Origin: an uncultured Gemmatimonadaceae bacterium | Lineage (GTDB): Bacteria; Gemmatimonadota; Gemmatimonadetes; Gemmatimonadales; Gemmatimonadaceae | Assembly (NCBI GenBank): GCA_963843845.1 | Contig: CAWJMB010000002.1 | Span: 640,001 to 704,000 of the forward strand | Length of the DNA stretch: 64,000 nt | Reading direction: 5' to 3' | Shown here: piece after piece, positions 1-11,592 of the stretch | Numbering within the stretch: the first letter of the stretch is position 1 | Layout: each line of letters opens with the position of its first letter | Notes under the pieces: generated by a model | The model's input: the letters and a program-made list of their open reading frames with translations, nothing else | Databases searched by the model: none | Told to the model about the DNA's origin: nothing | Position numbers and translations under genes: made by a program

Positions 1-1054
1 CCCGCGCGCATGGCGCCGCGCACGGGCACCGGCGACGCCGTGGCCGCCGTCGCGGTCGACGCGTCGCTCGCCGTGCAGCCTGCGCCGCTCGCGCCGGCGG
101 TCGTGCGTCGCGAGGGCCCGGCACGCGTCGGGCTGTTCGTCGGGCGCGAGTGGTCGTGGCCGCCGGCGTTCATCGAGGCGGTCAACAGCCGCGACGCCGG
201 CGTCGTCGCCGAGTTCGCGAAGATCGGCGGCGCCGCACTTCGACGGTCCGTGTCCGTACGACGTGCTGCATCGACCGCATCTCGCACGAGGTGCCGATGT
301 ACCGCTCGTACCTCAAGCAGGCGGCGCTCGCAGGGCGCGACGGTCGTCAACAATCCCTTCATGTGGACGCGCCGACGACAAGTTCTTCGGCGCCGCGCTC
401 GCCCACGAAGCTCGGCGTCGCGAGCCCGAAGACGGTCGTGCTGCCGAACCGGGAGTACGTCCCCGGCATCGTGCCCGTCGGAGAGCCTGCGCAACCTCGA
501 GTACCCGCTCGACTGGCAGGGGATCGCCGACTACGTCGGGCTGCCGTGCATCCTCAAGGACGCGCACGGCGGCGGGTGGAAGGAGGTCTACATCTGCCAC
601 ACGCTCGAGGAGCTGATCCACAACTACAACACGACCGGGCTCCTCACGATGATCGTGCAGGAGTTCATCGAGTGGGAGCACTTCGTGCGCTGCCTCGTCA
701 TCGGACGCACCGAGGTGCTGCCGATGAAGTACGACCCGAAGGCGCGGAAGTACATCGTCGAGCACGCCCACCTCTCGCCGGAGCTCGGCGCCCGCATCGT
801 GCACGACGCGCGCAAGCTGTGCAACGCGCTCGGCTACGACATGAACTCGATGGAGTTCGCGATCCGGGACGGCGTGCCCTACGCGATCGACTTCATGAAC
901 TCCGGCGCCGGACATGGACATCAACTCGCTCACGCCGGAGTACTTCCGCTGGGTGGTCGACAAGATGGCCGACCTCGCGATCCGCCTCGCCACGCAGCCG
1001 CGCTCGGTGCCGCGCGAGGTCGGGTGGGCGTCGCTCTTCGCTGCCGGTCGATAG
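1..1054 (+). CDS. RimK/glutathione-synthetase-like ATP-grasp protein (probably 5'-partial, apparent frameshifts)
   Basis: Stitched frames give GREWSWPPAFIE..IDRISHEVP..VVNNPF..ADDKFF..PCILKDAHGGGWKEVY..IVQEFI..MNSMEFAIRDGVPYAIDFMN. Stop TAG at 1052-1054 overlaps the next GTG. Confidence 0.8.
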
Positions 1055-2482
1055 TGACCGGTCATCCTGAGCGCGGCGGCGGACCGGTCGCCGCCTACCA
1101 CGAGCTGCTCGCGGGGAGCGCGGGCGAGCAGCTCGCGGCCGACACGCAGGGCGCGCTCGACGGGCAACTCCTGCGGCGCGGCCTCGTGTTCGGCGACCGC
1201 AAGCTGTGCACGGTGCTCCGCCCGCGACTGTACCGCCCCGAGGAGTTCCGGCGCCTCACGACGCGCGTCACGCCGCTCATGCGCGCGTTCGGGCAGGCGT
1301 TCGGCGCCGCGATGCGCGAGCCGGGCGTGCTCGCGCAGTTCCGCCTCGCCGAGTGGGAGCACGCGCTGCTCGACACGTATGCCGGCTTCGGGAGCCCCAG
1401 CCCGACGTCGCGGCTCGACCTGTTCGTGATCGATCCCTCGCCTGACGGCTCGGGCGCACGCCTCGGCGGTGCCGCGCCGAGCGAGGGATCGATGGCGCTC
1501 ACCGAATACAACGGCGAGGTGCCCGCCGGGGCCGCCTACGCCGACGCGCTGGCCGAGGCGTTCATGGACGTGCCGGCGATGCGCGAGTTCGCGCGCACGT
1601 GGCGCGTGTGGCCGATCCTGTCGCACCACGGCGTCGTGCACGTGCTGCTCGACGCGTGGCGTCAGTTCTCCGGCACGCGCACGAAGCCGCGCATCGCGAT
1701 CCTCGACTGGCGCGACGTGCCGACGTACGCCGAGTTCGTGCTCTACCGCGACCACTTCACGCGCGCTCGGCATCGAGAGCGTCATCGCCGACCCGCGCGA
1801 CAGCCGAGTACCGCGACGGCAAGCTGTGGTGCGACGGCATGCCGGTCGACCTCATCTACAAGCGCGTGCTGCTGCACGAGCTGGTGCAGGAGCATGGGGC
1901 TCGACAACCCGGTGCTGCGCGCCGTGCGCGAGCGGGCGGTGTGCATGGTGAACTCGCCGCGCTCGAAGATCCTGCACAAGAAGGCGAGTCTCGCCGTGCT
2001 GAGCGACGAGCGCAACGCGTCGTTCTACGACGCCGAGTCGCAGCGCGCGATCGACGCGTTCGTGCCGTGGACGCGCGTCGTCGAGGAGCGGCGCACGACG
2101 CACGGCGGGCGCGACGTCGACCTGATCGAGCCGTGCGAGCCGCATCGCGAGCGGCTCGTGCTGAAGCCGAACGACGACTACGGCGGCGCCGGCATCGTCC
2201 TCGGCTGGACGGTGACGATGGCGAGTGGGACGCGGCGGTGGCGAAGGCGCTCGCGCAGCCGTACATCGTGCAGGAGCGCGTGCCGATTCCGTCGGAGCCG
2301 TACCCGAGCCTGGTCGACGGCACCGTCCAGGTCATCGACCGGATGATCGACACCGCGCCGTTCGTCGTCGAACGGCGACGCATGCCGACGGGCTGCTCAC
2401 GCGGCTGTCGACCGCCGAGCTGCTGAACGTGACCGCCGGCGGCGGGTCGCAGGTGCCCGGCTTCGTCGTCGAGCCGCGGTAG
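1054..2482 (+). CDS. Circularly permuted type 2 ATP-grasp protein (apparent frameshifts)
   Basis: [72 protein letters not shown] across frames; TAG 2480-2482. Confidence 0.8.
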
Positions 2483-2523
2483 AACACGCCACCGATCGTC
2501 GCACGCTCTCCGGAGAGGTCCGC

Positions 2524-3877
2524 ATGAAAGCCCCGTCGCTCACGTTAGGCGTCGAAGAAGAGTACCAGATCATCAACCCCGTGACGCGCGACCTGCAGAG
2601 CCACATCAGCCGGCTCATCGGGCGCGACATCCCCGGGGTCGGCGAGCTGAAGCCCGAGCTGCACCAGTCGATCATCGAAGTCGCGACCGGTGTCTGCCAG
2701 ACGCCGGCCGAGGTGCGCGCGGAGCTCGTGCGGCTGCGCGGCGGCGTGATGGACGCGCTGCGCGACGACCAGCCTCACGATCGCCGCCGCGGGCGCGCAC
2801 CCGTTCGCGAACTGGATGGAGCAGGAGATCACGCCGCTCGAGCACTACATCGGCGTGCGGCGCGACATGGGCGACCTCGCGCAGCGGCTGCTCATCTTCG
2901 GCATGCACGTGCACGTCGCGATCGAGGACCAGGAGTTCCTGATCGACGCGATGAACGTGTCGCGCTACCTGCTGCCGCACATCCTCGCGCTGACCACCAG
3001 CTCGCCGTTCTGGATCGGACGCGACACGGGGCTCAAGTCGTACCGCAGCGCCGTGTTCCGCGGCTTCCCGCGCACCGGCATCCCGGCCCGCATGACGGGG
3101 TGGGGCGAGTACCAGCAGTACGTCGACACGATGGTGACGACCGGCTCGCATCCCGCACGGCGGCAAGATCTGGTGGGACGTGCGGCCGCACCACAAGTTC
3201 CCGACGCTCGAGTTCCGCATCTGCGACATCTGCACGCGCGTCGACGAGGCGGTGTGCATCGCCGCGATCATCCAGGCGATGGTGTTCAAGCTGTGGAAGA
3301 TGCGGCGCGACAACGTCACCTTCCGCAACTACGCGTCGCCGCTCATCGAGGAGAACAAGTGGCGCGCGATGCGCTTCGGCCTCGAAGGCAAGCTCATCGA
3401 CTTCGGCAAGGAGCGCGAGCTGCCGGCCGCGGAGCTGATCCGCGAGATGATCGAGTGGTTCCTCGACGACGTCGTCGACGAGCTGGGCACGCGCAAGGAG
3501 AGTCGAGTACGCGTACACGATCCTCGAGGACGGCTCGAGCGCCGACCGCCAGCTCGCGACCTACCGCGCGCACGGGCGACCTCCGCGCCGTCGTCGACCA
3601 GCTCGTCGTCGAGACGGCGGAAGGGGTCCGCGAGCCGCTCACGGCAGAGCTCGTGAACCGACGCCAGGAGACGATGCAGGCCGACGGCGTCGGGCCCGAC
3701 GCGCTGACGGCCGCGCGCGAGCGCGTCACCGTGTCGCAGAGCGCGAGCGGCGGGCGCGACGGCGTTCACCCGCCGCCGAGCGAGATCGACGGCTCGCTCG
3801 ACCTGCGGATCAGCAGGGGGCGGCGCGGCACCGACGTCGACAACACGCTCAGCACGGGCAGCGCGCCGGCGCTCTGA
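2524..3877 (+). CDS. ybdK: Carboxylate-amine ligase, YbdK/GCS2 family (apparent frameshifts; C-terminal extension)
   Basis: [56 protein letters not shown]. Confidence 0.85.
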
Positions 3878-3885
3878 GGGCGGGC

Positions 3886-3915
3886 CGGGCGGGAGCGTGG
3901 TGCGCTTCCCGCCCG
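3886..3915 (+). terminator. GC-rich hairpin after the ligase gene, possible terminator
   Basis: CGGGCGGGAGCG / CGCTTCCCGCCCG stem, followed shortly by the T-rich TATTCTTTTCTCT. Confidence 0.4.
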
Positions 3916-3959
3916 TGCGGGGTATTCTTTTCTCTCTCCCTCCTGAAGGACACGACGGT

Positions 3960-4735
3960 ATGACGCACAGCTCGCGCGGGCCTCGCTCGCGGCGCCCGGT
4001 CATCGGGGTCACCACGCAGACGCTGCACGCGATCCACGGCATCCCCGAGGCGCTGCCGCAGAGCTGGGTGATGAATCAGCGCTACTTCTGCGTACGGTCA
4101 TGGACGCCGGCGGGGTGCCGCTGATGATCCCGCTCGTTCCCGAGGACCTCGACACGCTGCGCGCGATCTACGAGCAGCTCGACGGCCTTCTGATCCCCGG
4201 CGGCGTCGACATGGACCCGGCCACGTACGGCGAGGATCTGTCGCCGCTCTGCGGCACGCTCGACCCGGCGCGCGACGCGACCGAGCTGCAGCTCACGCGC
4301 TGGGCCGCCGCCGACGGACTCCCCGTCCTCGGCCTCTGCCGCGGCGCCCAGGTCATCAACGTCGCCGCCGGCGGCACGCTCTACCAGGACATCGCCGCCG
4401 AGCTGCCGAACGCGGGGCCGCACGACTGCTATCCGACGAAAGGGTTCGCCCGCACCCACCTCGCCCACCCGATCGACATCACCCCCGGCACGCGGTTGTA
4501 CGACGCGTTCGGCGGGTCGACGGCGCCGGTCAACAGCATGCACCACCAGTCGGTGAAGCGGCTCGGCGACGGGCTCGTGATCTCGGCCGTGGCGCCCGAC
4601 GGCGTCGTCGAGGCGGTCGAGGGAACGGGGGACAGCTACCTCGTCGGCGTGCAGTGGCACCCCGAGGTGTTCGACCGGAACGGGCCGGCGGTCGAGCGGC
4701 TGTTCGACGAGTTCATCGCGGTGGCCGCTGCCTGA
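3960..4735 (+). CDS. puuD: Gamma-glutamyl-gamma-aminobutyrate hydrolase family (peptidase C26, class I GATase-like); one frameshift near 4090
   Basis: RPVIGVT, LDGLLIPGGVD, VLGLCRGAQ (nucleophile Cys), VNSMHHQSV, GVQWHPE. Confidence 0.85.
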
Positions 4736-4750
4736 CGCCCGACGCTCGCT

Positions 4751-4960
4751 GACGGCGCTGGCGGTACGGCGGGGACGGTAGGCGGTTTCGATACCCGTGA
4801 CCGCGCTGGCGGTGAAGCGCTGGCGGTGAGGCGCCGTCGATACGGCGGGGGATTCGGAAGTGGGTGAACGGCATGACCTGGCGCCTCGGAGCTGAGGGCC
4901 AGGTCATGGTCGTATCCGCATCCCACGCCCCCCCGGCAGCGCCGTATCGCCAGCGCCGTC
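4751..4960. repeat. Structured intergenic element with 20-bp terminal inverted repeats and an internal hairpin
   Basis: GACGGCGCTGGCGGTACGGC (4751-4770) vs GCCGTATCGCCAGCGCCGTC (4941-4960) pair at 19/20. Hairpin CATGACCTGGC..GCCAGGTCATG at 4872-4908. GCGCTGGCGGT occurs three times. Confidence 0.7.
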
Positions 4961-4984
4961 GATCAGCCCGAGCAACTCGCAGAA

Positions 4985-5695
4985 TCAGCGGTGCGCGGTG
5001 ACCCCGACCTGGCGACACATGTCGAGCAGCGGACAGCTCGAGCACTTCGGAAGCCGCCCGGTGCAGACATGTTTGCCGAACGGCACGAGCAGCCGGTTGA
5101 TCTCGACCCAGTAACGCTTCGGGAGCACCGCCTCGAGCGCGTGCATCGTGTCGACCGGCTCTCTCGCCGACACCACACCCCAGCGGTTGACGACGCGGTG
5201 CACGTGGACGTCGACGCCGATGCGCGGCTGCCCGCAGGCGATGCCTAACGCGAGGTTCGCGCACTTCGGCCCGACGCCGCGGAACGACGTCAGCACGTCG
5301 ACGTCGCACGGCAGCGTGCCGCCGAACTCCCCGGCCGTGCGCTGCGCGATCGCCCGAATCGTCTCCGCCTTGCCGCGATGAAACGTCGACGCGGCGATGA
5401 TCGCGTCGAGCTCGTCGGCCGAGAGCGCGGCGACGTCGGCGGCACTCGGCGCACGCGCGAACAGATCGAGCGCGATCGGCAGCATCGTCTCGTCGCGCGT
5501 GCGGATCGAGATCACGCAGGCGACGAGCTGCTCGAACAGCGACCGGTGCCCGCGCTCCGCGAGGTCGAACATCGCCGCGTCGGCGACGCCTGACGACTTG
5601 AGCATGCGCCGCAGCCGCGAGAACGCGACGCTGAAATCGAACGGCCGCGCGTCGGACGACGGCTCGGCGGGGGCCGCGCGAGGGCGGAGTGGCAT
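4985..5695 (-). CDS. nth: Endonuclease III (HhH-GPD, 4Fe-4S)
   Basis: FEQLVACVISIRTRDE, HhH FRGVGPKCAN, VDVHVHR, C-x6-C-x2-C-x5-C cluster. Confidence 0.9.
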   Translation of the reverse strand: MPLRPRAAPAEPSSDARPFDFSVAFSRLRRMLKSSGVADAAMFDLAERGHRSLFEQLVACVISIRTRDETMLPIALDLFARAPSAADVAALSADELDAIIAASTFHRGKAETIRAIAQRTAGEFGGTLPCDVDVLTSFRGVGPKCANLALGIACGQPRIGVDVHVHRVVNRWGVVSAREPVDTMHALEAVLPKRYWVEINRLLVPFGKHVCTGRLPKCSSCPLLDMCRQVGVTAHR

Positions 5696-5758
5696 GCGGA
5701 GCGCCGTGGCAGGAAACACGCCCGTGCCGGCGGCGCCGCACGCCACTCTCCGCGCGGC

Positions 5759-8446
5759 TCAGTCGCTCAGGATCACCCTCGGCGCCACGCGCAGCGCCCG
5801 GCGCGCCGGCACCACCGCCGCCGCGAGCCCCGCGACGCAGAGCACGGTCGCCGCCCCGGCGAGCGACGCCGGGTCGGTGAGGCTCACCCCGAACACCGCC
5901 GCCCGCAGCAGCCGCGTGACGACGAGCGCCCCTGCGACGCCGAGCGCGACGCCGAGGAGAATCGGGCGCGCGCTCTGCCACGTGAGCAGCCGCACGACGT
6001 CGCCGCCGGTCGCGCCTAACGCGAGCCGCACGCCGATCTCCTGGGTTCGTTGCGTGACGAAGTACGCGACGACGCCGTAGATGCCGCCCATCGCGAGCGC
6101 GAGTCCGGTGAGACCGAGGATGCCCAACAGCAGCGTGTTGAAGCGCGCCTCCGCCGTCGAGTCGCGGAGCTGGTCGCGCAACGGGGCGACGCCGTAGACC
6201 GGGGCGTCGCGCTCCGTCTCCCGCGCCGCGGCGCGGATCGCCGCCGTCACCCCAGCGATCCCGGCCGGCGTGTCGTCCCCCCGCGCCACCACGGTCATCG
6301 TGCGCGACACCCAATCCCACGCCTCGGCCGGCGCCTGGTCGAGCGGGATGTAGAACTCGGGGCCGACCTCCACCGCCGGCCCGCTCGAGCGCACGTCGGC
6401 GGCGACGCCGATGACCGTCTTCCATCTCGGATCGTCGAGCCCGCCCTCGCAGCAGCCGACGCGCTTGCCGATCGGGTCCTCGTTCGGCCACGCGCGCTTC
6501 GCCAGCGTCTCGCTGACGATCATGACGCGCGGCGCGCCGGCGACGTCCTGCGTCGTGAAATCGCGCCCGCGCACGAGCGGAATGCGCATCGTCGCGAGGT
6601 AGCCGGGCACGGTCAGGCGCAGCGACGACTGCACGAGGTTCTTCGGGTCGAGCGCGCGTCCTTCGGGGAGCAGTCCGTTGGACCCTCCGCCGCCGAACGG
6701 CGCCGAGGACACGACGGACGCGGCCCGCACGCCGGGCGTCGCGGCGAGACGGTCGTGCATCGCGTGCAGCGCCTGCGCGATGCGCGCCGGGTCGGCGTAC
6801 GCGTCGGCCGGCAGTACGACGCGCGCCGTGACGACCCCCGCCGGATCGAAGCCTGGCGGCACGCGCTGCAGGTACAGCGCGCTGCGCACGAGGAGCGCCG
6901 CCCCGGCGAGCAGCGTGCAGGCGAGCGCGACTTCGGCGACGACGAGGGCCTGCCGCACGTGGTCGCGCACACCGCCGGCGCCGCGCCCCCCTTCGCGCAG
7001 CGTGCCCTGCACGTTCGGTCGCGCCGCGCGCAGCGACGGCGCGAGGCCGAACACGACACTGCTGGCGAGTGCGACGCCGACGGCGAACGCGAGTACGACG
7101 ACGTCGACGCGCGTCTCGCCGAGCCGCGGAATTCCCGCTGGCGCCGCCGCGACGAGCACGCGGATGCCGCCATACGCGAGTGCCAGCCCCACCGCCGCCG
7201 CCGCGAGGCCGAGCACGACGCTCTCGGTCAGGAGCTGGCGCACGATGCGTCCACGGCGCGCGCCCAACGCCGCGCGCACGGCGAGCTCTTTCGCGCGTGC
7301 GGCGCCGCGCGCCAGCAGCAGGTTCGCGACGTTGCCGCACGCGATGAGCAACACGAAGGCGACGGCGCCGAGCGTGACGTACAGCCGCTCGCGGTAGTCG
7401 CCGACGAGACGCTCGCCGAGCGGCTGCACGGCGACGGTCATGTTCGCGGTGTTCGCCGTCGGGTAGCGACGGTTCAACTCGCGCTGCAGCGCCGCGAGCT
7501 CGCCGGCGGCCACGGCCGCGCTCGTGCCGGGCTCGAGCAGGCCGACCGCGACGTTGTGGTGCTCGTCGTGCTGGGCCTTTCGCGCCGGCGTCCACGCCAT
7601 CGGTACCCAGAGCTGCTCGCCGGAGAGCGTCGGGTCGAAGCCGGCCGGCATCACGCCGACGACCGTGTAGGACGCCCGCCGAGCCGGATCTCGCGCCCGA
7701 CGACGCGCGGGTCGGCGCCGAAGCGCGTGCGCCAGAGCGATGTCCGAGAGCACGACGACGTGCTCGCGCCCGGCGCGTCTTCCTCGGGCGGAACGTGCGG
7801 CCGAGCGCGGGGCGCACGCCGAACACGTCGAAGAAGTCGGCGCGTGACGCGCGCGCCCGAGATGCGGTCGGGCGTGCCGTCGTCGACGAGCGCGAAGCTC
7901 GCGAGTCGCTGCGCCGCGAGCCGCTCGAACGCATGCTGGCTCGCGCGCCAGTCGGTGAAGTTGCCGTCGGAGACGTTGCCGTCCTCGGCGCCACGGCGCT
8001 CGGCGATCTGCATCGACCCGCTCGGGGTGCGCGAACGGGAACGGGCGCAGCACCACGCTCTGCACGGCGCTGAAGATGGCGGTCGTCGCGCCGATGCCTA
8101 ACGCGAGCGTGAGCACGGCGATCGTCGTGAACCCCGGGGCGCGCCGGAGCGAGCGCACCGCGTAGCCCGCGTCCTGCCGCAGCTCGCCGAGCCACTCGCG
8201 GCGGTCGCGCTCGCGGTCGCGCGCCGTGCCTAACGTCGCGCACTCGGCGGAGACGGCGGCGAGGTCGCCGAAGGCGCGCAGCGCTTCGGCGCGCGCGGCG
8301 TCGGGCGTGCGGCCGGCCGCGATCAGCTCGCGCGTCCGCATCTCGACGTGGAAGGCCAGCTCCTCACGCACGTCGACGGCGGCGGGGCGGCGCCAGAACA
8401 TGAAGGCGCGGCGCGCCGAGCGCTCGGGGTCCGGTGACTGAGCCAT
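5759..8446 (-). CDS. ADOP-type duplicated ABC permease (MacB-PCD/FtsX x2); frameshifts about 7680-8020
   Basis: [69 protein letters not shown]. Confidence 0.9.
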   Translation of the reverse strand: MAQSPDPERSARRAFMFWRRPAAVDVREELAFHVEMRTRELIAAGRTPDAARAEALRAFGDLAAVSAECATLGTARDRERDRREWLGELRQDAGYAVRSLRRAPGFTTIAVLTLALGIGATTAIFSAVQSVVLRPFPFAHPERVDADRRAPWRRGRQRLRRQLHRLAREPACVRAARGAATRELRARRRRHARPHLGRARHAPTSSTCSACAPRSAARSARGRRAGREHVVVLSDIALAHALRRRPARRRARDPARRASYTVVGVMPAGFDPTLSGEQLWVPMAWTPARKAQHDEHHNVAVGLLEPGTSAAVAAGELAALQRELNRRYPTANTANMTVAVQPLGERLVGDYRERLYVTLGAVAFVLLIACGNVANLLLARGAARAKELAVRAALGARRGRIVRQLLTESVVLGLAAAAVGLALAYGGIRVLVAAAPAGIPRLGETRVDVVVLAFAVGVALASSVVFGLAPSLRAARPNVQGTLREGGRGAGGVRDHVRQALVVAEVALACTLLAGAALLVRSALYLQRVPPGFDPAGVVTARVVLPADAYADPARIAQALHAMHDRLAATPGVRAASVVSSAPFGGGGSNGLLPEGRALDPKNLVQSSLRLTVPGYLATMRIPLVRGRDFTTQDVAGAPRVMIVSETLAKRAWPNEDPIGKRVGCCEGGLDDPRWKTVIGVAADVRSSGPAVEVGPEFYIPLDQAPAEAWDWVSRTMTVVARGDDTPAGIAGVTAAIRAAARETERDAPVYGVAPLRDQLRDSTAEARFNTLLLGILGLTGLALAMGGIYGVVAYFVTQRTQEIGVRLALGATGGDVVRLLTWQSARPILLGVALGVAGALVVTRLLRAAVFGVSLTDPASLAGAATVLCVAGLAAAVVPARRALRVAPRVILSD

Positions 8447-8457
8447 GGCGCGTCGCC

Positions 8458-8788
8458 TCAGGTCGCGAGCAGGATCGGCGACACCGCGTCGACGAAGCGG
8501 CGGAAGCCGTCGACCTCGGCGCGGAGCTGACGGCGGCCGGCGGGCGTGAGCCGGTAGAAGCGCGCCCGCCGCTCGAGCTCCGTCATCCCCCACTCGGCGA
8601 CGATCCACCCCTCGCGCTCGAGACGATAGAGCGCGGGGTAGAGCGAACCCTCCTCGACCTGGATGGCGTCGTCGCTCGTCTCGCGGAGCCAGCGGCTGAT
8701 GGCGTAGCCGTGCCGCGGCCCCCAGGTCGAGGGTCTTGAGCACGAGGGCGTCGAGCGTGCCGTGCAGGCGGTCACGTTTGGTCGGCAT
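8458..8788 (-). CDS. PadR family transcriptional regulator (one frameshift near 8730)
   Basis: [43 protein letters not shown]; lies directly upstream of the ADOP gene. Confidence 0.9.
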
Positions 8789-8791
8789 GGA

Positions 8792-8844
8792 GAGACCTAG
8801 CTGTCGGGGTATCGGAGATACGGATACTCAGACAGCTAGGTTTC
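8792..8844. promoter_or_regulatory. Inverted repeat upstream of padR, putative PadR operator
   Basis: ACCTAGCTGTC (8795-8805) / GACAGCTAGGT (8831-8841) perfect inverted repeat, with inner GGGTATC/GATACTC. Confidence 0.65.
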
Positions 8845-8885
8845 ACGGGCCGGTCGCCGGCCGGGGCCGGCTCACCTGGTCGGGC

Positions 8886-11404
8886 TCAGAACCGGTACTG
8901 GAAGTACTGGTAGGAGCTCATGTGGATCTGGTTGAAGTGCTTCGAGCCGTTGTACCACGAGCCGTTCACGCCGCCGGTCAGCACCTGGTCACCCTGGGTG
9001 ATGTACTTCGGGTCGCCGGTCGTTCGGTAGGTGAAGCCGAAGCCGCTCAGCACGAGCATGTTCGCCTCGGGCGCGGGGCCGGGACCGCTGCCGGTGTTCG
9101 GACCCCACGTGCACGCGCCGTCCATGTACGTCATCGCCCGGCTGGCCGGGATCCAGTTGTTCGTCCACAGGTAGTCGACGTTCCGGCGCACCATGGTCGC
9201 GACGCGCGGGTCGGCCTCGACGAACGTGTAGTAGTCGATCAGCGCCTGGTTGAGCAGACCGTCGATCCAGGGCTCGTTCTTGTAGCACGTCACCCACCAG
9301 CGGTAGGCGCCGTCCGCGGACTGCGTCCTGAGGATCTGGTTCACCGTGCTCCGCGCAGCGACCGTCCAGTCCGTGCCCCACAGGCTCGGCGCCTTCAGTT
9401 GGCGCGCGAGGATGATGCTCGTGAGCGCACGCGCCTGCACGCGCGGGTCGCCGATTCCGGTCGTGTCGCCGAGTTGGTCCTGATAGCCAGGCTCGTAGAA
9501 CATGTCGGCGACGCGCCCGACAGCGAGGAGCGACCGTTCGTCGCCGGTCAGGAGATAGTGGAGCGCGATCCCTTCCATGTCCGCGTAGTGCGCGTCCGGC
9601 CGGTAGCCGCCGCCCTCGATGTAGCGCGTGCGGAAGTCGGCGACCAGCGCGTGCGCCCGCGACAGGTACGCCGCGTTCCCGGTGCGCGCCCACCAGACGT
9701 AGAAGATCTTCGCACGATCGTAGAAGTAGGCGCTCCCCCAGTTCGACCCGTCGGCGGTCCAGTGATTCTCCGCCCAGGTACGGAACTTGGACTCGTACGT
9801 GGCCCACACCCCGCCGCGCGCCTCGATGGACGCCACCGATGGCAGCGGCCCTTCGAGTGAGGCGACCGTCGCCGGGCTGAGCGACGACGGCGTGGGCGTG
9901 ACCCCGGTCCACGCGGTGACCGTCCACTTCTGCGTCGCCGATCCGGTGCACACCTCGGCGTACAGTCCGAGCGGACGCACGGCGATGCACGTGCCAGAGC
10001 CGAGCTTGAGCTCACCGGCCGCGGTGAGCGCGATCTGCTGCCCGATGCCGCCGAGCGCGCACGTCCACGTGCCGACCGGGTAGTTCGCGGCTCCGTCACC
10101 GTAGCCGGTGAGGCACATGGTCCCTTCGTTCACCGTGACCTTTCCGGAGGACCCGTTCGTGAGCATGGTCCACCGCTGCGTCGTCGCCGCACTGTGACAG
10201 GGGACGAGCGGAATCGCGGCCGCCGTGAGCCCGCCACGAAGGCACCCGCCGTTGGCCGGGTTCGAGATGAGCACCTTCACCGGCGTCGCGGGCGCCGCGG
10301 GCGCCGCGGCGGCGCCGCCGGTGCCGCCGGTGCCGCCGGCGTCGGCGGCACCGGCGCCGCTCCGGCCGCCGTCGTGAGCCACCGCTGCGCAGCGCCACCG
10401 TCGCAGGTGCGGAGACTGAAGGTGCCGTTGCTCTCGAAGTAGGTCAGGCAGTAGCCGCCGGTCGCGATCCTGAGCTCGCCCGCCGCTGTGAGCGTGAACT
10501 GCTGCGAGGCTCCCGCGAGGGCGCAGCTCCACGTGCCGCCCGGCATGGCGAACGTGCCACCGCCGTACCCGGTGAGGCACATCGTCCCGCCGTGGATGGT
10601 GACGGCGCCGGCGGTCCCGACCGCTGGCACGACCCAGCTCTGCTCGGCTGCACCGCTCACGCACGGCCCAGTCCAGAGCGCCCCGGGGCCGGTCGCCGCG
10701 GTGAGGCACCGGCCGTTGACCGCGCTCGCCAGCCCCGTCGTACCGCTGCGCGAGCTTCCTTCACTGTCCGACGACGCCTGCGTCCATCGCTGGGACGCGC
10801 CGCCGTCGCACGAGCGCAGGCTGAACGTGCCGTTGCTCGAGAAATAGGTGAGACAGTATCCGGTGGCGCTCCGTAGCTCGCCAGCCGCTGTCAGCGTGAA
10901 CTGCTGCGACGCCCCGCCGAGCGTGCAGACCCAGGTGCCGCCGGGCATCGCGAACGCGGCGCCGGCGTAACCGGTCAGGCACATCGCACCGCCGTGGATC
11001 GTGATCGTTCCGGCAGTCCCGGTCGGCGGAGCGGTCCACGTCTGGTTCGCGGCGGCGCTGACGCACGGCGCGACCCACAAGGCCCCGGCGCCGTTCAGCC
11101 CCGAGAGGCACTGCCCGTTCACGGCGCTCATGAGCGGACCGACGTACGTCGCCGCGCCCGCGAACGCCGCCGCATCGTACGACGCGGTGCGCGGCGCGAC
11201 CGCGGTGCGTGATGGCGCCGTGACGTCGGCACCGCAGCCGGTGAGCAGGGTAGTGAGAAGGCTCGTGGCGAGAGCGGCCACGGAGAGCGTCACGGCGCGA
11301 GGATACGCGCGACGAGCGCCGGTGTGCGCACGGCGTCCGACAGAGAGGAGATGTGACACGAGCACGGCGAGGAGGGAGACGACGGCGACGAGAGCACCGG
11401 GCAT
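8886..11404 (-). CDS. Secreted/lipoprotein with three ricin-B-like beta-trefoil repeats and a C-terminal aromatic-rich helical domain (frameshift near 10330)
   Basis: Lipobox-like LLTGC; repeated G(Q/R)CL..QxW..MCL..QQF..QRW units; Pro/Ala linker; C-terminal YFYDRAKIFY..YRTTGDPKY. Start could instead be the GTG at 11293. Confidence 0.7.
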
Positions 11405-11592
11405 ACGTCTCCCCTCGTACAGCGAGAGAGACGTCACAGCCGCCGATCGGGTGGGATGATCGGCGCGAGACACACGGCAGGGCGCCGTGCGAACGACCCG
11501 TACTGCACGCACCGGTCGGCGAACGACGCCGACTCGGTACGTGCTAGCGACGAGTATCTACCGTCCTGGTCGCGGGCGGCGGGTGACCCGGG

